Below, piece after piece: positions 36,502-45,050 of a stretch of DNA of 56,418 bases. The notes under the pieces were generated by a model. It did not search any database. It was not told the DNA's origin and saw only the letters and a list, made by a program, of their open reading frames with translations. The stretch is taken from the NCBI GenBank assembly GCA_035342015.1, contig DAOQWI010000002.1, positions 1 to 56,418 on the forward strand, in the 5' to 3' direction. The stretch's first letter is position 1. The number at the start of each line of letters is the position of its first letter. The position numbers were made by a program, and so were the translations under genes. The stretch comes from Candidatus Ozemobacteraceae bacterium. Lineage in GTDB: Bacteria > Muiribacteriota > Ozemobacteria > Ozemobacterales > Ozemobacteraceae.

Positions 36502-37766
36502 CTGATTTATCACAGTATGTCGGATTGTTCATCGCCAGTATTTTTCTGATTGCAGTGATTGCAATCTCATCATTTCGGCGCAGCAGGCCTGTATCAGGCC
36601 CAGAACCGGGCAGCAACAGAAAGTTGCAGGAACTCGCCCTGCAGTTCTTTTGTAACAATGATTTTCCGATCGCAATCGTCGACCGTAATCTTGACATCCT
36701 TTTTGCCAGCAATGACTTTCGCGAACGTTTCATGCATGGCGAAGCCACATTGAATTTCTGCACCCTGTTCAATCAACCGCCGTTTGCCGGCGTCGAAGAC
36801 CTGCAGGCAACTTTCGAAGCTTACACTAACAATGGCAAACTGCCGGAAAACCCATGCTTCGTATCCATGAAGCCCGTCGTTGAAGAAGAGAAAGAACAGC
36901 TGCCAACCACCTATTTTCTGGTGCGCGGTATCCTGCCAGAAAAAGAGGCCAGTCAGCGTCTTCTGGCAATCTCACTTCTCGATGCAGGCTTTGTTGCGTC
37001 AGCCATGATGGATCTGAACCATAAAATTGCGCTCAAAGAGAGCAACCTCAGAAAACTTGAAGAGCTCGACCGCCTTAAATCTGAGTTTCTTGCCACCCTG
37101 AGCCATGAGCTGAAGACACCACTTGTTTCAATAAAAGGTTATCTCGACCTGATGGCAACGCAAAAAATGGGGCCATTGACCGAAAAGCAGGAAAAGGCTC
37201 TGAAAGTTTCGCTGAAAAATACCTCGCACCTGAACAATCTGATTTCCTCAATTCTCAATTTTGCACGCATGGAAGCCGGCAAGCTGAAATTTGACATGGT
37301 TAATCAGAAGCTGCAGCCCAATATCAACGACATCGTCGATTCGCTCAAACCATTGGCAGACGGCCGAAATATCGGATTCAGCATCAGCATGGACCCGGGT
37401 TTACCTGCTGTATCAATGGATCCTGACCTCATTCATCGCGTGCTTTCAAACTTGATCGAAAACTCAATCAAGTTTTCACAGCCGGGCACTTCGATCAGCA
37501 TCAGAGTATTTCAGCCTGATTCCAGCAGAGTACAGGTTGACATTGCCGACCAGGGGTGTGGGATTCCGGCCGATAAAATCGACAAGATCAAAACCCCGTT
37601 TTTTCAGGCAGACAAATCTGATACCCGGCCAACCGGTGGCCTGGGGCTCGGCCTGGCAATCGCAGAAAAAATTCTCGCCGGCCATGGCACCTCACTCGCA
37701 ATCAAATCAGAAGAAGGCAAGGGCACCTGCTGCAGCTTCTGGCTTAGAGTTGCCAACGCTCACTGA
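36498..37766 (+). CDS. Membrane-anchored sensor histidine kinase (HisKA + HATPase_c)
   Basis: 422 aa. The ATG overlaps the upstream stop (ATGA, 36498..36501). It has a single N-terminal TM and a PAS-like region. The H-box is LKSEFLATLSHELKTPL, the N-box is LSNLIENSIKFS, and the G-boxes are DQGCGIP and GGLGLGLAIAEKI. The 3' end overlaps the convergent response-regulator gene by 7 nt. Confidence 0.9.
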   Translation: MTDLSQYVGLFIASIFLIAVIAISSFRRSRPVSGPEPGSNRKLQELALQFFCNNDFPIAIVDRNLDILFASNDFRERFMHGEATLNFCTLFNQPPFAGVEDLQATFEAYTNNGKLPENPCFVSMKPVVEEEKEQLPTTYFLVRGILPEKEASQRLLAISLLDAGFVASAMMDLNHKIALKESNLRKLEELDRLKSEFLATLSHELKTPLVSIKGYLDLMATQKMGPLTEKQEKALKVSLKNTSHLNNLISSILNFARMEAGKLKFDMVNQKLQPNINDIVDSLKPLADGRNIGFSISMDPGLPAVSMDPDLIHRVLSNLIENSIKFSQPGTSISIRVFQPDSSRVQVDIADQGCGIPADKIDKIKTPFFQADKSDTRPTGGLGLGLAIAEKILAGHGTSLAIKSEEGKGTCCSFWLRVANAH

Positions 37767-39184
37767 TCTTCGGCCGCACCTCTGGCGATATCAAGTTCGC
37801 GCAGCTTCAGGTAGAGGTTCTTGCGGTGCATGCCAGCCAGTCTGGCAGCTTCAGACATATTTCCCGAGGTTTTTTCGAGCAACCCCTCGAAATACTTGCG
37901 TTCAAAGGTCTTCAGAAGAATATCTTTGGCCTCTTTATACTGCATCGACATCATGCCCTCTTCGATGAATTTTTCATTTTCGAGGCGCGACCTGAGATGG
38001 AACCGGCTTGAATCGTTCTGAAAAACACTCTCGTCTTCAAGGATTATTACCTTTTCGATAAGATTCTGCAGTTCGCGAACATTGCCCGGCCAGCTGTACT
38101 GCATAAGCTTGCCCATGAACTGGTCACTGAAATTCTGCTGCCGGCGGTTGAGTTTTTCGCAGTATTTTCGGGCAAATGATTCGACAAGAGCTGGAATGTC
38201 GGCCAGTCTGTCGCGAAGCGGCGGCAGATGAATATTGATTACATTCAGGCGGTAAAATAGATCTTCTCTGAAGCTGCCTTCATTGATGGCCTGAATCAGG
38301 TCCCTATTGGTCGCGGTAATTACCCTGGTATCAACGTTGATGGTCTGATTGCCACCAATTCTTTCGAATTCCCTTTCCTGAAGAATCCGCAAAAGCTTGG
38401 TCTGCGTCGCCATCGTCATTTCGCCAATTTCGTCGAGGAAAATCGTGCCGGAGTCGGCAATTTCAAACTTGCCGAGACGGCGGTTGAGAGCGCCGGTAAA
38501 AGCCCCACGTTCGTAACCAAAAAGTTCACTTTCAATGAGGTTTTCGGGCAATGCAGCACAGTTAACGCGAATAAACGGGCGCGACCGTCTTGGGCTGAGG
38601 CTGTGCAGTGCGTTTGCCACCAGTTCCTTGCCCGTGCCTGATTCACCGGTAATCAGAACCGTGACATCATTTGGACCAACCCTTTCGATCAGATCGTAAA
38701 CACGCTGCATGCATTCACTTGAACCGATCAGAGCTGCCAGGCCCTCACGCTGATGCAGCTGTTCCTTCAACTGCTGGTTCTCGATGCGCAGACGGCATTT
38801 CTCGACAGCCCTTCTGACCGTCAGACGCAATTCATCATTTGAGAACGGCTTCGGCAGATAATCATATGCCCCGCGCTTCATGGCTTCAACCGCCACAGCC
38901 TCAGAACCGTAGGCAGTGATCATGATCACCATCAATTCAGGCCGTTCGGCAATCAGACGCTCAAGAAGTACCATACCAGAATCACCAGGCATGGTAAGGT
39001 CGGTAATCACCAGGTCAAAATTTCCGGCCTGAAATACTGCCAGGGCTTCTTCTGTCGATGAAGCCTTGCTGACCACATAGCCTTCAGGCTTTAAAACCGC
39101 TTCAAGCGTATAAAGAACCGATTCTTCGTCATCGACGATGAGAATACTCGGTGATCTGCCTTTTTTCTGACTAATCCGCGCCAT
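37760..39184 (-). CDS. Sigma54-dependent response regulator (NtrC family: REC + AAA+ + Fis-type HTH)
   Basis: REC domain: ILIVDDEESVLYTLE...DLVITDLTMPG. AAA+ domain: GESGTGKELVANALH, the sigma54-contact loop ERGAFTGA, and IFLDEIGEM. C-terminal HTH: GNMSEAARLAGMHRKNLYLKLRE. The ORF track starts at 39196 (MERKMARIS). I prefer the ATG at 39184 (MARIS) because GGAG sits 6 nt upstream. Either start overlaps the upstream kinase gene. Confidence 0.93.
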   Translation of the reverse strand: MARISQKKGRSPSILIVDDEESVLYTLEAVLKPEGYVVSKASSTEEALAVFQAGNFDLVITDLTMPGDSGMVLLERLIAERPELMVIMITAYGSEAVAVEAMKRGAYDYLPKPFSNDELRLTVRRAVEKCRLRIENQQLKEQLHQREGLAALIGSSECMQRVYDLIERVGPNDVTVLITGESGTGKELVANALHSLSPRRSRPFIRVNCAALPENLIESELFGYERGAFTGALNRRLGKFEIADSGTIFLDEIGEMTMATQTKLLRILQEREFERIGGNQTINVDTRVITATNRDLIQAINEGSFREDLFYRLNVINIHLPPLRDRLADIPALVESFARKYCEKLNRRQQNFSDQFMGKLMQYSWPGNVRELQNLIEKVIILEDESVFQNDSSRFHLRSRLENEKFIEEGMMSMQYKEAKDILLKTFERKYFEGLLEKTSGNMSEAARLAGMHRKNLYLKLRELDIARGAAEDQ

Positions 39185-41417
39185 TTTCCGCTCCATCCGG
39201 CAGGAATATCCTGAATTCAGTCATTTCCTGTCCCGAGTCAAATTCGATTTTTCCGCGATGCAGTTCAACTATTTTTCGGGTGATTGCCAGGCCAAGCCCG
39301 GTTCCGTTTGCCTTGGTCGTAAAGAAAGGCTCAAAAATTCTCTGCTGAAGCGATTTTTCAATCTGCGGACCATCATTGATCACCTTGATCACAATCCATC
39401 CCTGCAATCGCTCAACCCTTATTTCGACCTTACCACACCGGCCAACTGCCTGAAAAGCGTTCAGGGCAAGATTTAAAACTGCCTGCTTGATCTTCTCAGC
39501 GTCAATTCTGACAAGGCAATCACATTCGGGAAAATATCTCTGCAGACTGATCTCATTTTTTACCGCTTCGTGCTTTATCAACAAAGTCAGTTCATTGACA
39601 ATCTCGACCAGACTGCAGGTTTTCAGGTTTGCCGCCTCAGGCTTGACCAGGCTGAGAAGCTCGGCGACCACACGATTCAGGCGAAGCACTTCACCAAGCA
39701 CCACGTTTGCATGTTCCTTAAGATCTCCCTGCACTTCTTCACCAATTATTTCGACAAGACTGCGTATTGCCACCAGCGGATTGCGTATTTCGTGGGCCAC
39801 CGAAGCGGCAAGCCTGCCAAGAACCGCCCATTTCTCAGCTTCGATCATCTGCTGCTCGAATTTTTTCTGGTCGGTCACGTCATCGACCACCAGAACTGCA
39901 CCCCTGATCTCATTTCCGGCCCGCAGGGGCAGAAGACTGATGGCAAATTGCCGCCGCCCGCCGGCATTATATTCGATAACCCTTTGAACAGCGCCGTCAT
40001 TAATGGCAGCGCTGAAAATTCCCTCAAAAAATGCCGCCGTTTCATCATGCATTGCCTCGGCAAACTTTCTGTCAGGAATCTGATCGCAGAACTCCCTGAA
40101 ACCATATAGGCCAGTATCAAACCCCTTCATGCCAAACATGCCCAGAAAGCGCTCGTTCACAATCAGAAACTTACGATTCCGGTCAAGAGTTGCCAGACCC
40201 TGATTGATACTGGCCAGAATATTCTTCATCTGCTGGTTCCAGTCAGAGAGGGCCTCATATAGGCTCGCGTTTTCGATAATCGAAGCCAGAACCGGGGCAA
40301 TGGTTTCAAGAAAGCGGCGAACCCCTTCTGAATAGCCGCCAGAATCATTTTTGGCGAGAATAATTACGCCATTCATTCTGCTGCCTGACAGCAGTGGCAC
40401 ACCAATGATCGAAATTCCGTCAACAAGATTCTCATGCAGCGTCTTACTTATGAAACAGCTGTTGACTATCGCTTCAATCGCATCCTGCCGCGGGCTTTTC
40501 CGGGAAACAACGTTCACAACTTCTTCAAACCGCAAAGTTCGGCGATTTTGCAGAACAATCTGAGCAAATGAACTGAAAGAAAGGGTCTGAGCCTTTTCAA
40601 GAAACTTCTCCAGTATTACCGTGAATTCATTGTCGAGAGTCACCTTACGCATCAGCTCATAAATTTCCCAGAGTTCCTGAAGCTTTTCGTCTATGGCCCG
40701 GTTTCTCTGCAGATTTTCCTTGAAGGTTTCCTGAACGGTCAAAGCCATTCTGTTAAAAGAATCTCCGAGTTCTTTGAGTTCTCCGGTGCCGGCTGCACCT
40801 ACTCTGACTGAGTAATCACCCCGGCCAAATTCATCGATGCCGCGCATCAGGTCGCCGAGAGGCTCAAGAATGCTGCGCGAAGCAAAAATTGCCACCATGA
40901 TGCCGACAAACATGCTCAACAGCATCAGAGAAGCAAAATCTGAAGCGGTATTGCTGTTTTTATTCTGCCAGACCGGAGTCACACCAACCCCGACAGCACC
41001 CATCGCTTTGCCATCAACGATGAGCGGAATAAACAGCTCGCGATATGTCAGGCCATTGCCGGTATGCGATTCGACCATATCCATTGCGGCAAGCTCAGGA
41101 AATCCACCGGGCGGAATTCTTGCCTCATCGCCCCAGACTTTCCACCAGTTGTGATCATAAACGGTCAGCAGCAGTTCAGCCGAATTGCCGGACCGATTTG
41201 CGTAAATATGGTCAATTATGCTCTTGTCACCATTGCGCAGGAACAATTCTGCCGGTTTCTGCAGAATTTTTCCTATGGACATGGCTGCTTCCATGGTGTC
41301 ATTCGAAATTGCAAGACGCTCTCGCGAAAAAGCTGCAATTGCAAGAAAAGCGTTGGTAATGAAAATCAGGGATACAAAGAAAAAAATCAGTTTTCCCTGC
41401 AGAGTTCTTGGGAGCAT
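39171..41417 (-). CDS. Sensor histidine kinase (2 TM + periplasmic domain + HAMP + GAF-like + PAS + HisKA + HATPase_c), NtrB-like partner of the adjacent regulator
   Basis: 748 aa. HAMP: ILEPLGDLMRGIDEFGRGDYSVRVGAAGTGELKELGDSFNRM. The H-box is LAASVAHEIRNPL. The ATP-binding region is VINDGPQI...GTGLGLAITRKIVELHRG. An AGGAG SD lies 6 nt upstream of ATG 41417. Confidence 0.9.
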   Translation of the reverse strand: MLPRTLQGKLIFFFVSLIFITNAFLAIAAFSRERLAISNDTMEAAMSIGKILQKPAELFLRNGDKSIIDHIYANRSGNSAELLLTVYDHNWWKVWGDEARIPPGGFPELAAMDMVESHTGNGLTYRELFIPLIVDGKAMGAVGVGVTPVWQNKNSNTASDFASLMLLSMFVGIMVAIFASRSILEPLGDLMRGIDEFGRGDYSVRVGAAGTGELKELGDSFNRMALTVQETFKENLQRNRAIDEKLQELWEIYELMRKVTLDNEFTVILEKFLEKAQTLSFSSFAQIVLQNRRTLRFEEVVNVVSRKSPRQDAIEAIVNSCFISKTLHENLVDGISIIGVPLLSGSRMNGVIILAKNDSGGYSEGVRRFLETIAPVLASIIENASLYEALSDWNQQMKNILASINQGLATLDRNRKFLIVNERFLGMFGMKGFDTGLYGFREFCDQIPDRKFAEAMHDETAAFFEGIFSAAINDGAVQRVIEYNAGGRRQFAISLLPLRAGNEIRGAVLVVDDVTDQKKFEQQMIEAEKWAVLGRLAASVAHEIRNPLVAIRSLVEIIGEEVQGDLKEHANVVLGEVLRLNRVVAELLSLVKPEAANLKTCSLVEIVNELTLLIKHEAVKNEISLQRYFPECDCLVRIDAEKIKQAVLNLALNAFQAVGRCGKVEIRVERLQGWIVIKVINDGPQIEKSLQQRIFEPFFTTKANGTGLGLAITRKIVELHRGKIEFDSGQEMTEFRIFLPDGAENGAD

Positions 41418-41432
41418 TTCAAACTCCTGAGG

Positions 41433-42437
41433 TCAGATTGGAACCCAAAAAGAAACAACTGTTCCGGTACCTGAATCGGAAACAATATGCAGCTCACCGC
41501 CAGCAAAGCGAACCCGCTCTTCCATGCTGATCAGACCAAGCTTCTTCAGCGTGCTGTATTTTCTTCGGATTTCTGAAACATCAAAACCGTTGCCATCGTC
41601 TTTGACAACCACCGCCAGACGATTTCTCGCTTCATCATAATTAAGAAAAATGTGAACAGAAGATGGTTCGGCATGTTTCACCGCATTATTGGCCGCTTCC
41701 TGAATTACACGAAAAACTGCCAGTTCCTTCTCAGCCGACATTTTGGCCCGCTCACCCTCAACCTCGACATAAACCGGAATACCGGTACGGGCTTTGAAAC
41801 CGCTGATAAACTGTTCAAGAGTGGGTATGAGACCGAGATCGTCAAGCGCCATCGGTCGCAGATCGAAAATAAATCTGCGAATATCCTTAAGACTTCTGAT
41901 AACCGAATCTTTAAGTTCCTGAAGCTCGCTGATCAGTGTCTGATCGCCAGAATGCTGTTCTAAACAGTAATCTATTCGCATGGTCAGACTTGCAAGTGTC
42001 TGAGCCGGGCCATCGTGAATATCCCGTGAAATCCTTTTGCGTTCTTCTTCCTGGGCGCGTATGATCCCCTCTGCCTGTGTCTGTCCTGGGGCCGCATCTG
42101 AATTTGAATGCAGCAGACCATCGACCCGCCGGGCAATACTCTCTGCCTGGGCGGTAAGCTTGCTGCTGAGCATCGGAATTGTTGCCGGACTGAGCATCGG
42201 ATCAAGTTCAAGTGCCGACTTGAGACTGTCAAAAGCTTTTTTGGCCTTCGGGCCAATCTGAGGGCTGACAGCCGTAACTGCCAACACTATATTTTCAAGG
42301 TCATCGAGCCGGTCAACTATTGTGCCACGGCTGGCTTCAGGGTGCTGCACCGTTGCCAGCACACTCTGCATTGTTGCAAGGGTCTCTCTGAAAGTGGCTA
42401 TTTCCTGAGAAAGTGCGTCAAAAGTGGATTCTGGCAT
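41433..42437 (-). CDS. Soluble DegS-type histidine kinase (HisKA_3 + HATPase_c)
   Basis: 334 aa with no TM segment. The helical N-terminal region leads to the HisKA_3 H-box EEERKRISRDIHDGPAQTLASL. The HATPase strings are VIQEAANNAVKHA and VKDDGNGFD. No NarL/LuxR-type response regulator occurs in the window. Confidence 0.85.
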   Translation of the reverse strand: MPESTFDALSQEIATFRETLATMQSVLATVQHPEASRGTIVDRLDDLENIVLAVTAVSPQIGPKAKKAFDSLKSALELDPMLSPATIPMLSSKLTAQAESIARRVDGLLHSNSDAAPGQTQAEGIIRAQEEERKRISRDIHDGPAQTLASLTMRIDYCLEQHSGDQTLISELQELKDSVIRSLKDIRRFIFDLRPMALDDLGLIPTLEQFISGFKARTGIPVYVEVEGERAKMSAEKELAVFRVIQEAANNAVKHAEPSSVHIFLNYDEARNRLAVVVKDDGNGFDVSEIRRKYSTLKKLGLISMEERVRFAGGELHIVSDSGTGTVVSFWVPI

Positions 42438-42446
42438 AAATATTCC

Positions 42447-45044
42447 TTACTTTCCCGAAGACCTGATACGACTTATTTCCAGTTCTGCCCGGCGCTTGAG
42501 AGCGTAGGAGTCGCCGCCGGCGCGGGCAATTTTTTCGAGCTCGGCAATCGCTTTCTCGCTGTTGCCATTTTCTTCAAGGCATTTGGCATAACGAATGCGG
42601 AGATCGACACGGTGCGGGCTTTTCTGCAAAGCCTGCTGCAGATATTTTTCACCCTTAACATAATTTCCGGTAGTTTCAGCCAGACGCCCAAGTCTTGTCA
42701 GAGTCACAGAATCGCGGCGGCCAAGCTGGTAAGAATGTTCAATTGCATCGAACGCATCTTTATGCATGGCGAGCTTTTCGAAAATTACCCCGATCATATC
42801 GTATGTCTGCGCATCTTTCTTGTGCCTGAGAACCTCAAGATAGTGCGGCAGTGCCGCTTCCCAGTTTCCACGCGAAAATTCGTAGGCTCCCTTTTTCCGG
42901 AAACCCTCGATTTTGCGCCTGATAGAATCTTGATCAGGCTCCTGGGCGACAGCATCCATAAAACCGCTGTCTTCAGCAGTATCTTGCTTTGCCTGTTCGG
43001 GCGGTTTAACCTCGGTTTTCAATGTTGCAGGCGCCGGCGTTGGCGACACAACAGTCACAGGCGCTGGCGGCAAGGCAACCGGCTTAACCGGAGCCGCAGA
43101 AACCTTATTTTCCGGCTCCTGCAGCTGATTTTCAGGTCGGCTGTATAATTCAACACCAGCTTTCTGAGGCAGATTACTCTGCATGGCAGGTTCTTCCGGG
43201 AGCTTTTCAGAAACAGATACAGGAGGTGTTATCTGCGATGGTGCAGGAACCGTAACCTTCTGCTCATTATGCGTAACCGGGGTGACCTGAGCCTGAACCT
43301 GCGTCGGGGCATGCAATATTACTGACGCCGGCAATGGGGTTGCAGTCGCAGGAACCTCATCGACCTGTGACGCGGCTTTTGTCGGGATTGCAGCCTGATC
43401 CGCAGATGCATCAAAAAGAACTTTTCCTGAAATCGGCGCTTCAGGAACATCAACTGCCTGTTTTTCTACCAGACGCCCTTCGCCTTTTCCCTGCACGATC
43501 AGAACTCGGGCTTCACTTACAGGCTCCGAAGTATGCCCGCCGGCAAGCGCCTGCGAAGCTTCAAGATCGTCAGGAACGAGACTGAGTATTCTCTGAAAAT
43601 ACCTTCGTGCCTCGAAGGCTTTACCTGAAGCATTGAGCGCTCTGGCCAGCTGGCGGTTACATTCTACATTCAATGGTTCAAGAGACAAGGCCTTTTCAAG
43701 GTAGGTTACCGACTCAGAAAACAGCTTAAGATCAATATATATCGACCCCAGCAGGAAATTGCCCCTGACGTTGTCAGGCTCGAAGCGAAGGCCTCGCACG
43801 ATCGCCTGAGACGCCTGAGCAAGTTCAGAGCGATCATATAGTATTTTACCAAGGTTAAACCAGGCAGCAGAATCATCAGAGAAGGTTTCAAGATAACGCC
43901 GCAGGTTCTTTTCGTATTCTGCCATCGCCTCGGCTCGATAAAATGAATTAAGTATTACACGCCACTGTGCTTTGTCGGGTTCGGCTTTTTCGAGTGCAGT
44001 GGAAAAAAAAGCCGCGGCAGAATTGTAGTCGCCGGCTTTTACAAGTTCCATGCCTTCAGCAAAAGACAATACCGGCTCTGTTGGCCCACTTTCGACAGCA
44101 ACAGTCCCTGCATCGGTCACTACTGGCGAACTTGTCTCGGGTGGAGTCGATATAACAGCAGCTGGCGGAACATCGTTCTGCACTGCAACAGCAGGTTCCG
44201 GTATTTTTACGAGGTCAACAGCCGCAACCAACGGCTCAGATACAATCTTTTTATCAGTTTGCCGGTCTGCCGGCATTTCTACAGCGACAGCAAAAAGAGT
44301 GTTCTGCTCTGCTCCGACCCTTTCGCCACGTTTTTCCAGCCAGATACCAACCAGAATGAAAATGGCGGCAAGCCCAAGATACAGCTTCCAGGATTGGCTG
44401 TGCATGCGCATGGCACCAAAGTCGGCCGAATAAACAACCTGTCCAGGCTCCAGATTATCATCTTCTTCATCATCAGCTTCATGGCTTTTGTCAGAAACCT
44501 TTGCCGCAACCGGCGACACTTCTACGACGTCGGCGTCTTCGTGCGCGCGCACAACCTTTTTTGCCGGCTCCGGCTCTGCAGCATGTTCTTCTGAATGGGT
44601 AAGGAGGCCGGCAGCCGAAGAAGCGCCAGTGATCAGGCCAGCTGCATTACTTTGCAGAACCGGAAGAAGAACCCGTTCGACTTCGACCCAGTCGCGAAAA
44701 CTGCTGAAAAGCGACAGGTAATAAGCATCCTTGATGTTGTAAATCCACAGCAGAATAAACACAACCGAAAAGAAGTAACTGATGACAACCATCAGATGAG
44801 CGCCAAGCAGAGGAAAAACGGCATTATAAATGATTCCGCCGCTGTAGACGCTTAAAGCAGAAAAGATGCCGCCCAGATAAATTGCCATCAGCATTATTCC
44901 GCGATCGATATGGCCGGCATAGATCTGCCCGAGACCCATGACAAAAAAAGACATAAGGGCTGCCGCGCCCGGGTTACGGGTCGCGCCTTTCAGGTGCTGA
45001 CGACGCAGTTCCTCAAACCACTGGTTATTTTCTTGTTCTTTCAA
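42447..45044 (-). CDS. Membrane-anchored TPR-repeat protein with long Pro/Thr/Val-rich spacer
   Basis: 865 aa. The TTG start at 45044 was verified, with GGAG 9 nt upstream. The N-terminal membrane module contains NPGAAALMSFFVMGLGQIYAGHIDRGIMLMAIYLGG. Two blocks of TPR-like repeats are separated by a P/A/V/T/Q-rich segment. Confidence 0.7.
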   Translation of the reverse strand: MKEQENNQWFEELRRQHLKGATRNPGAAALMSFFVMGLGQIYAGHIDRGIMLMAIYLGGIFSALSVYSGGIIYNAVFPLLGAHLMVVISYFFSVVFILLWIYNIKDAYYLSLFSSFRDWVEVERVLLPVLQSNAAGLITGASSAAGLLTHSEEHAAEPEPAKKVVRAHEDADVVEVSPVAAKVSDKSHEADDEEDDNLEPGQVVYSADFGAMRMHSQSWKLYLGLAAIFILVGIWLEKRGERVGAEQNTLFAVAVEMPADRQTDKKIVSEPLVAAVDLVKIPEPAVAVQNDVPPAAVISTPPETSSPVVTDAGTVAVESGPTEPVLSFAEGMELVKAGDYNSAAAFFSTALEKAEPDKAQWRVILNSFYRAEAMAEYEKNLRRYLETFSDDSAAWFNLGKILYDRSELAQASQAIVRGLRFEPDNVRGNFLLGSIYIDLKLFSESVTYLEKALSLEPLNVECNRQLARALNASGKAFEARRYFQRILSLVPDDLEASQALAGGHTSEPVSEARVLIVQGKGEGRLVEKQAVDVPEAPISGKVLFDASADQAAIPTKAASQVDEVPATATPLPASVILHAPTQVQAQVTPVTHNEQKVTVPAPSQITPPVSVSEKLPEEPAMQSNLPQKAGVELYSRPENQLQEPENKVSAAPVKPVALPPAPVTVVSPTPAPATLKTEVKPPEQAKQDTAEDSGFMDAVAQEPDQDSIRRKIEGFRKKGAYEFSRGNWEAALPHYLEVLRHKKDAQTYDMIGVIFEKLAMHKDAFDAIEHSYQLGRRDSVTLTRLGRLAETTGNYVKGEKYLQQALQKSPHRVDLRIRYAKCLEENGNSEKAIAELEKIARAGGDSYALKRRAELEISRIRSSGK

Positions 45045-45050
45045 AAAACA

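Noticed and set aside
42108-43148. 346-aa plus-strand ORF spanning the DegS-like kinase / TPR gene junction.
   Set aside because: It crosses a gene boundary on the opposite strand and is rich in R/C/F/L. It has no SD and no motif, so it is a shadow ORF.
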